From NCBI RefSeq assembly GCF_963921235.1, contig NC_086108.1, positions 74,650,001 through 74,714,000 on the forward strand: a DNA stretch of 64,000 bases, read 5' to 3'. Shown here piece by piece: positions 26,401-38,990 of this stretch. The position numbers and the translations under genes are program-made. Origin of the DNA: Mobula hypostoma (lineage: Eukaryota). The notes under the pieces are model-generated. The model was given only the letters and a program-made list of their open reading frames with translations, did no database searches and was not told the DNA's origin. Positions within the stretch are counted from its first letter, which is position 1. The number at the start of each line of letters is the position of its first letter.

Positions 26401-27921
26401 AATTTTTTTTCTTCTTATCTCTTTTTATCTCATCAATTTATCCTCAAATTCCTATTTCTTGTGTTTTTCCTAGGTCTTGCTTTTCTCAAAAGCTTCTAAT
26501 GAGTTCTAACCTCTGTGCATAAAGACACTTCTAGTGAATCCCTATGGTCATTGCATAAATGGTCTTTGCTTCTGGTCTCACTTGCGCTGGGTGGGCTATC
26601 TGCGGTTTGACATTTATCCCAGTAGGACGTGTGTGATTTATTTGGTTCTAATCTGTTCTCACTTCCAACTGAGATGGCAGAGGATGACAAACACTCTTCT
26701 GCATCAGTCAGAAAGTAAATGTCAGGCATGACTGGTCCTTCCCATTTCAAGCTCCAGTGTCATATTCTTGCTTTATTTAATTATCTTGTTCCTTGTACGG
26801 ACCTAGTAAAATCCAGCCGTTCAGGAAGAGCACCTTGCTGTGTTTTGTTCCCTGTAGCACAGCTTCGTAATCACAATGAGTTGAGCTCTATTGTGGTAAA
26901 ATTTATGTGTTGTAAGATTGAAGCAATAGGTTGGTATGTGTAGTTCAAGTACTGGGATCCTAGATGTACTATTTTTGTACCTGTCAGTGAACAACATAAT
27001 AACTTTAACAAAACATCCTACAATCTTATTCTCTGGGTTTTAAATGTTATTAGTAACTCGTAAGGGATACAGTAATTTTGAGTATTTAATCATCAGTGAA
27101 CTGCATAATAAACAGATACTATAGAGATGTAAGATAGACTGCACAGGTCGCAGAGGGAGATGTTGGTTGAGTTCCAGGATAAACACTGTATAAGTTACAG
27201 AGGACAAGAATGCATTAGCCACAGAAGGGACTTGTATTGCTGAGGGGAAAGTAAACCAAAAATGAACTTTGAGAAGTTGCTGACAGTTCTGGATTCACAA
27301 TCTCCTCATAGTTCTCAAATGAAAATCTGTCTCTGGAACTGCATGGCTTGCCATATAAAATGGTGGGGGTGGGAGAACACAGTGAAAAAGGTTCAGGTAC
27401 ATTCAAACTTGTACCAAGTGATCAAAATGGAAAACTTCCTTGAGTAATATTGTGTTTCGCCTGTAGGGTAGGATACCTCATCTGTCCTAATTACTTTGTT
27501 TTCCATATCTTTGAGGTTCATTGAGCCTCACTAGGTTTTTACATTCCTCACTGCCTGCGGTGTACATGTTCAGATCTGTCTTTGTATTGCCAGCTCAAAG
27601 AATTTCTTTGAGGAATAGCACTCTTTAAATCATTATTCCATGATTCTATATATGTGAACCAGTATACCTGCTGAAAAAGAACCTTAATCTGTTATATTAC
27701 AACCAGACAAAATTGCCTTGACACTAATTGACCTCAGGAAACATTTCTAACTTTCCTTAGGTCTTCTTGGTTTTTTAAAATTTATTTTGTATTCAACAAA
27801 GAGCATTCAAATCCTTAGTTTCATTTTGTCTTTATCTTTAATAATTGACAAACCCAGCACACAATACCATGAATAACCAATTGAACTTAACTGGTTTCTA
27901 ACTTATCTTTTGTTTGTGGAC

Positions 27922-28605
27922 TCATAAAGCACTACAACACAGAAACAGGTTTCCCGTAAATATTTCTCCTTTCACCTTTAACCTATTTTAGTTATAGCCA
28001 GCCTCAGTGGAAGCTTTCTATATCCCTCAGAATTTTGTATACCTCTGTCAAATTTCCCCTCATTTTCCTATGCTCCAGGGAATAATGTCCTAACCTATTC
28101 AACCTCTCTCTACAACTCTGGTCCTCAAATCCTGGCTATGTATTTGTAAATTCCTGTACTCTTTCAATTTTATTGATATTTTACCTATAAGAAGGTGACT
28201 AAAACTGTATACAGTACCCCAAAATTGGCTTCACCAACATCTCATACAATTTCAACATAACGTTCCAATTCTTATACTCATTGCTATAATTCAAGGCGGC
28301 CAATGTGCCAAAAGCACTCTTTGTATCCCATCTACCTGAGATGTCACCTTCAAGGAATTTTGTGTCTGTATTCCTAGATCCCTTTGTTCTACCACTCTCC
28401 TCAGCGCCCTACCGTTCTCTGTTTAAATTGTTCCCTGGTTTGTCCCCCCAAAATACAACACCTCACACTTGCCTACCATCTTTCGGTGTATTTTTCTAGT
28501 TGGTCCAGATCCTCCTTCAAGCTTTAATAGCATTCCTCACTCTCCACTATGCCCCCAGTTTTGGTGCCATCTGCGAATTAGCTGATCCAGATTGCCACAT
28601 TATTC
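27922..28605 (-). mobile_element. CR1 3' fragment
   Basis: Diverged homologue of 7340-8260. Confidence 0.8.
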
Positions 28606-30142
28606 AAGATAGCTTAGCCTCTTTTACTGTAAAGAGAATGAAATAATTGTTACTCCAGATCCGATGCAACACAAAAAAACAAACCCCACAAAAGATAAAG
28701 AACACAATAGCAGTACTAAAAAAACACACACACATTTTAGCCTTGACTGACAAATAGAACTGCAGGCCACAAATGTACATTATTTATTAGAATGGTATTT
28801 GGACTAAGCTGTATCTATATCACAGTCCTCTGAAATTGTCATACTGAAATAAAGTGTCATTAAAATGATTAAACATTCAGTTTCTTTAAATATGTTACAA
28901 AATTTCTGTGTGGCATTTTTTTTTGTAACTTGAAATTTCTGAATGAATGTTTTTATTCTTTTATTTAAAATAATCCTTACCACATAAAATTCCCTTAAGG
29001 CCAAAAACTGTTAAACAGAATTAGCCATGTACAGTTGTACGCTTAACTGTTTTCCCTTTATGATGTGAGGTTAAAGATTACTGGAATGTTGAAAAAAAGT
29101 GCTTGACCCTACCTCCAGATTCAGTTTACTGATGCTGCCCAGATACTGGGCTTCACATGGCTTGATTTATGATGCTTCTCAAATTGGGGTCAGTCTCTTG
29201 CCAGTTTAAGAGCAATGACATTGCAATAACTCAAATGCCTTTTCTCATTATAATATGTTCTAATGCATAGTAGCTTGGAGATTTTAAGCAATAGAAGCAT
29301 TTTTCCAAGACTGTAGCAATAAAATGGTCAATTGTTCTTGAAAAGTGCTTTTTCAACTAATTCCCAGCACAATGCTCTTTGTCTGTGGATTATGCCCCTA
29401 ATGTTATTAATAACAGAGCAGAGTGAAACTCTGAGTTGTATTGAGAAGCGAATACTGCATGGCATACAGCACTCATCTGACAGGCCTCAAAACAAGAAAA
29501 AGATTCTGGGAATATATACAAAGTGCTACTCATGGAGGGGCACAGACTTCTTGGCTGGGAATTGAATTACTTCCGTTGGGATTTGCTTTGATTTAAAAAG
29601 GGTTAAATATTGAAATTTAAAGGAAGGCTCCTTTCCTTTAATGTCAATAAATTCTTAAGAATCAAAGTAAGATTACAATGTAGAAATTCATATCAGTTGT
29701 ATATGCTTACAGGCAATGCAGGAGCAGCTGCAAGTGGCTTCCACTTTATAAACTTGGGTTCATTGAAGTTAGTCAAACTGAATTTCGGAAGCAGCCGATG
29801 ATATATGATCATTCTGAAATTTTGTAATTTAGCATAATGACCTAGAATGAATTTCAGCTTTACAGTCCCATGGAAATTTTAGTGTACTTATTAGGTAGTG
29901 TTAGAATGATGCAGATACTTTGACACAGTGTATAAACCTTTAGTTGCAACTGAGGCCCAGTGCTTCAGAGACTTGCCTTGGGTTTGTAAGGTGGTTAAGG
30001 GAGAGGCACAACTAGGAGTCAGACACCAGTTGTATCCATGTGATAGGGTCTATTTGGGGCAATAATGGGAGGCAAACAAGGAGAATGGCCTTTGAGTGTC
30101 TGTGGTCGATGGGAATATTTGAAGCTAACAACTGAAGGAGAA

Positions 30143-30332
30143 CAACAGGAATTCTGCAGATGCTGGAAATTCAAGCAACACACATCAAAGTTGCTGGTGA
30201 ACGCAGCAGGCCAGGCAGCATCTGTAGGAAGAGGTGCAGTCGACATTTCAGGCCGAGACCCTTCGTCGACTGCACCTCTTCCTACAGATGCTGCCTGGCC
30301 TGCTGCGTTCACCAGCAACTTTGATGTGTGTT
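30143..30332. mobile_element. 190-bp palindromic Penelope pLTR insertion
   Basis: Perfect 68-bp inverted arms 30177-30244 and 30265-30332 with a 20-nt loop; 13-bp TSD aactgaaggagaa at 30130-30142 and 30333-30345. Confidence 0.92.
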
Positions 30333-31134
30333 AACTGAAGGAGAAGCTGGAATCTAGAAACCGGGAGGGCACGGGAACTGGCCAAGGATTGCAGGGCTGA
30401 GAGTTAGAAAATCAGCAGGATGAGTGGGACAATTTCAAGGTTGTGTGTGGCTACAGATCAAGGAGTTAGCGACAGCCTGGAGATCAGAAGGTTGGCTCAA
30501 AGCAACTGATGGGATGTGGGACAAATAGGCCATTTATCATATTGTTTGGGAAATAAATTGATCTCCAATTGCACAATGCTGAAAAATTAGTGTTATAGAA
30601 TTTAAATTATCGGCATGTTCATTTTAGGCTTTCAAATATTTCACTAAGTTATTGGAAATATGAGCTGTTACAGACTAGTGAGGGCAGCAGGGCCCACTGT
30701 AATCTTGATCTATAACATATCCAGTGGTGTAACTCATTGACCAAAGAAAGTGCTTTAAGAATTGTGAAATAAATAGACCAAGAACTGTCAAGTATAAATT
30801 CAAAGCCAAATAATCAGGAAAGGAAGGGACTTTTAAAATGTTGTCTAATAATGACTTGCAGCCAAAAGGGTAAACATTTATAATTGTTGAAGTTCTTGGC
30901 AAAAAAAAATTGATTGCTTGTCATTATCAATCATCACATAATTTTAGGTGTAATTGGTAGGTCACATCTAATCATTAATATTTAAGGCCATTGAAATGTG
31001 TTTGATTTTTTTTTTCTTTTTAAACTACATTGTGCCTATCAAAGTTCAAAATCTCTGTTGTCAAGTACACTGTCTAGCACTGCTTTGGGTGGAGGTCTAT
31101 CCACAGACCAGTGTAGCTGTAGTTCAAACTACAA

Positions 31135-32785
31135 TATAGATTATAGGAGCAGAGCTATGCCATTTGACCCATCGAGTCTTCTCCGCCATTCAATCATGTC
31201 CGATCCTTTTTTTTCCCCTCTCCCTAGTCTTCACCCTGTAACCTTTGATGCCGTGGCCAATCAAGAATCTATCAATCTCCACCTTAAATACGCCCAAAGA
31301 CCTGCCCTCCATAGCAGCCCGTGGTTACAAATTCACCACCCTCTGGCTAAAGAAATTTTTCCACATCTCTGTTTTAAATAGACGCCCCTCTATCCTGAGG
31401 CCCCGATATTACTTCTCCAGCCTTATTTTCTAATGGTTGTATAACCACTCTCATCTCTTACTTTTTATAGACATGAAAAAGCTTTTTCTATCCACCTTGA
31501 AATTGTTTGCAGCTTGCTTTCATATTTAATCTTTTCTCTCCTAATGATTTTTTTAGTTGCTTTCTGTAGGTTTTTAAAAAGCTTCCCAATTCTCTATCTT
31601 CCTGCTAATTTTTGCTTTGTTGTATGACCTCTCTTTTGCTTTTACATTAGCTTTGATTTTCCATGTCAATCACAGTTGCACTATTTTGCCATTTGAGTAT
31701 TTCTTTGTTTTTGGAATACACATGTCCTACACCACCTTCATTTTTCTCAGAAACTCATGCCATTGCTGCTCTGTTGTCATTCCTGCCAGCAGTTCTTCCA
31801 ATTTACTTTGGCCAACTCCTCTGTAATACCACTGTAATTGACTTTACTCCACTGGAATACTGCTACATCAGACTTTACTTTCTCCCTATAATTTCAAGTT
31901 GAACTCAGTCATATTGGGATCACTGTCTTCTATGGGTTCCTTTACCTTAAGCTCCCTAATTGCCCCCGGTTCATTACGTAACACCCATTCCAGACTCAAT
32001 GACAAACTGCTCTAAAAGCCATCTCGTAGCCATTCAACAAATTCACTGTCTTGAGATCCATTACCAAACTGATTTTTCCCAATCTATCTGCATGTTAAAA
32101 TCTCCCATGACTATCTTAACATTGCCCTTTTGACATCTTTTCTATTTTCCATTGTAATCTGTAGTCCACGTCCCAGATACTGTTTGGAGGCCTGTATATA
32201 ACTGCTATCAGGGTCCTTTTACCCTTGCAGTTTCTTAACCCACAAAGATTCAACATCTTCTGATCCTATGTCACATCTTTCTAATGATTTGATGCCATTC
32301 TTTACCACTACTCTGCCTACCTTCCTATCCCTCCATTACAATGTGAAACCTTGCACGTTCAGCTCCCAACTCCAACCATCCTTCAGCCATGATTCAGTGA
32401 TAACCACAACATCATATCTGACAATCGGTAATAATGCAACAAGATCATCCACTATATCCATTATATTTCGTAAATTGAGATAGAACACTTTGAGTACTGT
32501 ATTTGCTACCCTTTTTGATTCTGCATCAAATGTACTGATACTCACCCTGCTGGCTGCAATTTTGTCCAATCATCTGCCTTCCCTTCCTGACAGTCTGATG
32601 GCATGCTATCTTTGCTTTTTTACCATCCGTCCTATCCTGTGCCCCTTCACACCAGTTCTTATTCCCCTGCCAAATGAGTTTAAACCTTCCCCAACAGCTC
32701 TAACAAACCTGCCTGCAAGAATATTGACCCCCCTCGGATTCGGGTGCAACCCGTCACTTTTGCAGAGGTCATACCTCCCCCAGTG
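31135..32785 (-). mobile_element. Internally deleted CR1 (3' tail fused to AP-endonuclease region and ORF1 end)
   Basis: ORF LKVFYLNLRNI...YDVVVITESWL...LNVQGFTL (APE N-terminus); CR1 tail at 31135-31400; no RT core between them. Confidence 0.75.
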
Positions 32786-34084
32786 AGATCAGACTCAAAT
32801 AATCACTTTATAGTTGACCATGGATTCATTGAGTGGAATAGTACTACTCATAATTTTTAATTCAAACAAAATATTAATCAGTGTAAATATTAAAATAAAT
32901 AATAGTGTTGCAAGCTCTATTTTAACTGAAAGGACCAACGAATACCCTGCCAGCATTGAGGTCTTGTCACTAGAATAGCAACTGTGTGCTGTGCTGTTTT
33001 CTGTTTGCTGTTTATCTTGCTGTGCACTACATGCATTTTGAATTATATCTCATGAACATATTTATGGTAACGTTTTGTTTTATATGCTGTGTGTGATATG
33101 TTGTGGGTACACCGTGCTCTAGAGTAATGCTCTTTTGTTTGTTTATATGTAGTCAGATGACACCTCCCTTAAAGTCTTTGATATTGTTTGCTTCTGAAGA
33201 GTTCCTTGGTAACCTATTCCATCTATCTTAACTCCTGCATAAACAAAATTCTTTCTTTTAACTTGGTAAATTTTAATAAATCTAAAGGTCTGAATTATAA
33301 ACGTCAAAGACTAAAAGCATTAGAACCAGTGTCTGGAATTAATTTATGTGGTGTGACTTCAGGGTGATTCTCTCATACCCACACATTATTAGAATAAGAA
33401 TCATGAAATGTTTTGAAAATAATTTACTGTGTAATTAAAGCCCCAGTGGTTTTGATCCTTTGTATTACACTTAGTGACGCCAAATAGCTCTAGTCTCCAG
33501 TGAATACTTTACATGGTTTGGCACATGTACAACAGTTGCTGTTTATTAGGCCTTGAGCATTTGTTTGAACTTTGCTCTCTATTTACAGGAGATACCATCA
33601 GCTACCACATTTTGTGTACATTGCCCTACATGTGGAAGCATTCTCATATTGGCCAACAGCAAGTCCGCAGTTTTCCTTGATAGCGATGATGAAAAATGAT
33701 CTGTTTCACAGCCCTTAATGTGTTATAAGGTTTCTCACATTATCCTTCAGTGGTGTTTTATATGCAAATGTCTTTTACTCTTGATCTTGGCTCTATACAA
33801 TCATTTTGTTTTAGCACTTGTATTGATCAATTGAATTTATGTTTCCATTATTTTCTATGCGTATCCTATTTGAAAGCACACTACCAATCAGAATAACAAT
33901 GCTCACCATTAGGCAGGACTTACACAAACAAGCATTTTTTGCTGTACCCTGTTTATTACACGTTTTGCAAATTCAAGTCAACTCTGATTCCCTCTGGCCC
34001 CTTGGTATCATGTTCTGCTAAATCTGCACCATGAACTGAAACAGGCCTTGGCCAGCAGTTCCATTTTATGATGATGGATTAACA

Positions 34085-34485
34085 GAAAGAAAGAACTTGC
34101 ACTTAAATAATGCACTTTACAGCCTCAGGATGTCTCAGCTCTTCTCTGTCAAAGGGGTACGTTTTCATTGTGATCACTTTTGTAATATAGGCAAACACAG
34201 AAGTTAATACATAACAGACTTGCACAAATAACGTGAGATAAATTATCCAAAAATTTGTTTTAATGATATGGGATAAGGAATAAATATTGGTTTGCACGCC
34301 TGGAGATATCTCTACTCGTCTTCAAATGGTATCAGGGTACTTCTTCCATCTGCCTACGAGGCAGCCAAATGCTTGAATTAATATCTCATGCAAAATTTTG
34401 GGATATCTAATACTGAAGAATTTTGCCAATACTACAGGGAAGTGTCAGCCGATTTTATGTGATAAATCTCTGGAATTAGATGCAA
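34085..34485 (-). mobile_element. Ancient Deu-SINE-like element (SacSINE1/AmnSINE1-related)
   Basis: Collinear with the recalled reverse complement of the Deu-SINE consensus: aagaacttgcac..., ataaatattgg, ctcgtcttcaaatggt, atctcat, agtgtcagcc. Confidence 0.6.
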
Positions 34486-34889
34486 CAGATCACATAAATA
34501 CAATTTTGAAATAAAAACATACTGATGAAAGATTAACTGAATATAATCATGTTAGCATTAGCTGCTTGCTTCCAATAGTCGGTGCAAAATTTATGGTACA
34601 GGCATAATCACAATTAACTGTTTATTTAATCTCTTCAAGGTAGATAAATTACTGGTCAGAATTATAAACAGATTTTAAAAAAAGCTTTGGAATTTCTTCC
34701 AACAACCAACAACCAACAACCAGAGTGTTAGCTTACAATTGTGTGCCTGTGAATGTTATTTTCAATTCTAGTCACAACTTCTTGCTCAATTAATATTCAA
34801 GTTTAAACCGGTAAATAGCAAGGAACATGTATGCCACAAAAGTGCCAGTCAATAGCTATTTCAACAAGCAAGAATTTAACTACTTCTCT

Positions 34890-35985
34890 ATACATTCAAG
34901 ATTGTTGAATGTAATTTCCAGTGTACAAGTGTAAATGAGAATGAAATAATTGCTACAGCAAATCCAAAGCAGCAATTCAATGCAGGGGTGGGGTGGGGGG
35001 AGGATGTAGTTGGGTGGGTTAGTGGGTGGACGTGTTGATCAGTCTTACTGCTTGGGGTAAGTAACTGTTTTAGAGTCTGGTGGTCCTCGTGTGGATACTA
35101 CATAACTTCCTCCCTAATGGGAGTGTGGCAAACAATCCATGCGCTGGGTGGGTGCGATCCTTCATGATATTGCTGGTCTTTTTAAGGCATCTTTCTGTAT
35201 ATATGTCCTTGGTGGTGGGTAGGCTGGTGCCAGTGATGCGTTGGGCAGTTTTGTCTACCTGTTGTACAGCTTGCCTGTCCACTGCAGTGCGGTTTCTGTT
35301 CCATGCAGTGATGCAGCATGTTAGGATGCTCTTTTCTCTGGAATGTCATGAGTATTGATGTGCATAGTCCAGCTCTTTTTAGCCTCCTTAGAAAGAGGAG
35401 ACTTTTGGTGAACTTTCTGAATTGTGTAGGGTGCATTCTGGGACCATGAAAGATTGTGTGATATGTGCACTCCCAGGAGTTTAAAAATGCTCGCAACTTC
35501 CACTGCTGTGCTGCTGATATAAAGATCATTTGAGTGGTGCAGGTTTTCCTGAAGTCAATAACCTTTGTCTGGTTGACACTGAGGAAGAGAGTGCCTGCCT
35601 GGCATCAGGCTGCGTACTTTTCTACCACCTCTCTGTAGGCTGTCTCATCGCTGTTGGTGATGAACCCCACTACTGTCATGCCATGGGCGTACTTGACGAT
35701 GTGATTACTTTGGTGTTTGGTCAAGTAGGCATGTGTACAGCAGTGGGCTCAGCAGACAGCCCTCAGGGGCACCCATGTTGAGGATGATGGGGAGGGAGGA
35801 GTGGTTGTGTAGCCAGACTATCTGAGGTTCGTTGGTCAGGATGCAGTTGTGTAGGGTGTATTTAAACTGAGGTAGGAGTTTGTTCACCAAGATCTGTGGG
35901 ACAATAGTGTTGAATGCTGAAACAAAATCCTGAAACAACACTTTGACATAAGTGTCTGTTTTTTTCAGGTGTGCATGACAAATGC
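34890..35985 (-). mobile_element. Rex1/Babar-like LINE (second subfamily)
   Basis: ORFs LFQDFVSAFNTIVPQILVNKL...GAPEGCLLSPLLY, FKLLGVHI and TAQRITGTSLP. Confidence 0.85.
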
Positions 35986-37725
35986 TGTGTCATTTGTTGT
36001 AGAGCAGTTCTGTCTGCCATTTATTTTTGTTTGCTTTAACAAACTTTTATGGAAAATATTTCTGTAAAATGTGGAGAAACTTGATTCATTCATGAATGCA
36101 TGATATTAAAGTAATCTCTTGGTGATAAAGAGATGTGTGGTTATTTTTCAACTAAGAACAAGGGACATTTCTATTCTACTGAACTCTTGTGTGCTAATTT
36201 ATTAAACCTCTGTACTTTTTATACCAAATTAAGAAAGTTTATTTAATTTGGGCTTGAGGGAAAGTAGCTGAGTGAGGAGAAGGTGGGAAATGTTTTCCCT
36301 GCCTTAGAGACAAAACATATGAGACTGCAGTAATTCGTTCATGGATACATCACTAGGGATGTTAGAAAACCATGTCTTTATTCTGGTGTGGCTTTTTCAG
36401 AGCTTTAGTCAGTATGTAGGTTTTGGCTGAATCAAATAATGATTGTGAGATATTGGTAGTTTGTTTTCATTTAGTCTCTGTGTGTTCTGTTGCACAGTGT
36501 CACTGTTGATTATAAATTGCTTATTAAAAATAATTCATTAGTTTTGTAGAGCAATATTGAGTCTTGGAGTTGGGAGGATCGTATAAATGTAAACTTAATT
36601 ATTCAGGAGTTAATAATATTGCCGTGACTTTTTTTGTTCACCTCGACATTTTAACGTACAGTGTCTCTTTATCTTGGCTGCTTGGAGTTCGAAAGCGGAT
36701 AAAAACAAATCTTTTCAGTACGCACTTGGAGCAAGCAGTTTAGTGTGGCAGAACACATCCCATTCTCTTGTGCACTTAACCATACTCTGAAAATTCCAGC
36801 CCATTCCTAACATTGATGATGTTACAGACTATCAGCATTATTGTTACTTTATTGAACAAGATAATCTTTCAATGCTGAAAACTTGTCTGAATGAAAGCTG
36901 TTTTAAATTGTGACAAGTGTTCTCCTAAACTATTTTAAATAACTCAGAATTGAATAAACAATTTTCATTATGCATTTTTTTTGCCAAACATAAAGTAGGT
37001 TGGTGAGCTTAGCTTTAGCTTTGTTGCTCAATTGTGCTGGTAAGTAATAAGTTTCACAATGACAATGATTAATTTTCTAAGATGCAAATCTCAATAAATA
37101 ATTTATGGAGATACTTTTATCAGATGTAACCCCCAGTGGCTTATGATTTTAACATATTTCTCATGAATTATATCTACATTTATATTATGAACGTACAAAA
37201 CAAAACCTAAAAGAAAGCTCAGAGTTACATAAAAATGTTTAACGTTTAGAATAATCTTCTCAGAAGTGTTGGAGATTAATTAACATATTAAATAGCATAA
37301 ATATGTGGTTGTAGGTTATTTTGAATTTATTGCTGTTGGTGGTTAGGAATTGAAGAAAAAGTTAATGATTAAATAACATGACCAAAAACAGCTTTCACTA
37401 ATATCATAAGCACAACCTAATTCTGAGTGCTAGTCTGTGACATAAACCTTTCTCCTTGCATTTCCATACAGAGAATTCTTGGATGCAATCCTCCATGAAT
37501 ACCAAGAGGAAATCTGTTTAAAAAGAATTTTACATTAGCTTAAACCAGAGAGAAATTGCTCAATTGATTTAGTTCTGTAAATATATTGATCTCTGTCTTT
37601 GCACTGTACTGCTGTCACAAAACAGCAAATTTCATGTCACGTGTCAGTGATAATAAATCGGAGCAACACACATCAAAGTTGCTGGTGAACGCAGCAGGCC
37701 AGGCAGCATCTATAGGAAGAGGCGC

Positions 37726-37761
37726 AGTCGACGTTTCAGGCCGAGACCCTTCGTCAGGACT
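37726..37761 (-). ncRNA. Minimal type I hammerhead ribozyme in the pLTR
   Basis: Minus strand reads AGTC-CTGACGA-AGGgtctcggCCT-GAAA-C-GTC/GACT: complete core, helix I AGUC:GACU, 3-bp helix II, palindromic ACGU helix III. Confidence 0.85.
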
Positions 37762-38062
37762 AACTGAAGGAAGAGTGAGTAAGGGATTTGAAAGTGGGAG
37801 GGGGAGGGGGAGGGGGAGATGCAAAATGATAGGAGAAGACAGGAGGGGGAGGGATAGAGCCGAGAGCTGGACAGGTGATAGGCAAAAGGGGATACGAGAG
37901 GATCATGGGACAGGAGGTCCGGGAAGAAAGACGGGGGAGGGGGGTGACCCAGAGGATGGGCAAGAGGTATATTCAGAGGGACAGAGGGAGAAAAAGGAGA
38001 GTGAGAGAAAGAATGTGTGCATAAAAATGAGTAACAGCTGGGGTACAAGGGGGAGGTGGGGC

Positions 38063-38990
38063 CTAGCGGAAGTTAGAGAAGTCAATGTTCATGCCATCAG
38101 GTTGGATGCTACCCAGACGGAATATAAGGTGTTGTTCCTCCAGATGTGGAATTAAAATGTGTGGCCACTGGGAGATCCTGCTTTCTCTGGCGGACAGAGC
38201 GTAGATGTTCAGCAAAGCGGTCTCCCAGTCTGCGTCGGGTCTCACCAATATATAAAAGGCCACATCGGGAGCACCGGACGCAGTATATCACCCCAGTCGA
38301 CTCACAGGTGGAGTGATGCCTCACCTGGAAGGACTGTTTGGGGCCCTGAATGGTGGTAAGGGAGGAAGTGTAAGGGCATGTGTAGCACTTGTTCCGCTTA
38401 CACGGATAAGTGCCAGGAGGGAGATCAGTGGGGAGGGATGGGGGGGACGAATGGACAAGGGAGTTGTGTAGGGAGCGATCCCTGCGGAATGCAGAGAGAG
38501 GGGGGGAGGGAAAGATGTGCTTAGTGGTGGGATCCTGTTGGAGGTGGCGGAAGTTACGGAGAATAATATGTTGGACCCGGAGGCTGGTGGGGTGGTAGGT
38601 GAGGACCAGGGGAACCCTATTCCTAGTGGGGTGGTGGGAGGATGGAGTGAGAGCAGATGTAGGTGAAATGGGGGAGATGTGTTTAAGAGCAGAGTTGATA
38701 GTGGAGGAAGGGAAGCCCCTTTCTTTAAAAAATGAAGACATCTCCCTCGTCCTAGAATGAAAAGCCTCATCCTGAGAGCAGATGCGGTGGAGACGGAGGA
38801 ATTGCGAGAAGGGGATGGCATTTTTGCAAGAGACAGGGTGAGAAGAGGAATAGTCCAGATAGCTGTGAGAGTCAGTAGGCTTATAGTAGACATCAGTGGA
38901 TAAGCTGTCTCCAGAGACAGAGACAGAAAGATCTAGAAAGGGGAGGGAGGTGTCGGAAATGGACCAGGTAAACTTGAGGGCAGGGTGAAA
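38063..38990 (-). pseudogene. PLE RT C-terminus/thumb, Cys-rich linker and GIY-YIG endonuclease (truncated, frameshifted)
   Basis: LKFTWS...LPFLDL...YYKPTDSHSYLDYSSSHP; CKRNKCYTC; VIYCVRCSRCGLLYIGET..RFAEH. A deletion near 38143 (relative to the 23 kb copy) shifts frame before EEQHLIFRLGSIQPDGMNIDF. Confidence 0.92.

Noticed and set aside
30143..30332. MITE or pre-miRNA interpretation of the palindrome
   Set aside because: The arms match the PLE pLTR, the ends are asymmetric and the TSD is 13 bp. There is no evidence for a miRNA from sequence alone.
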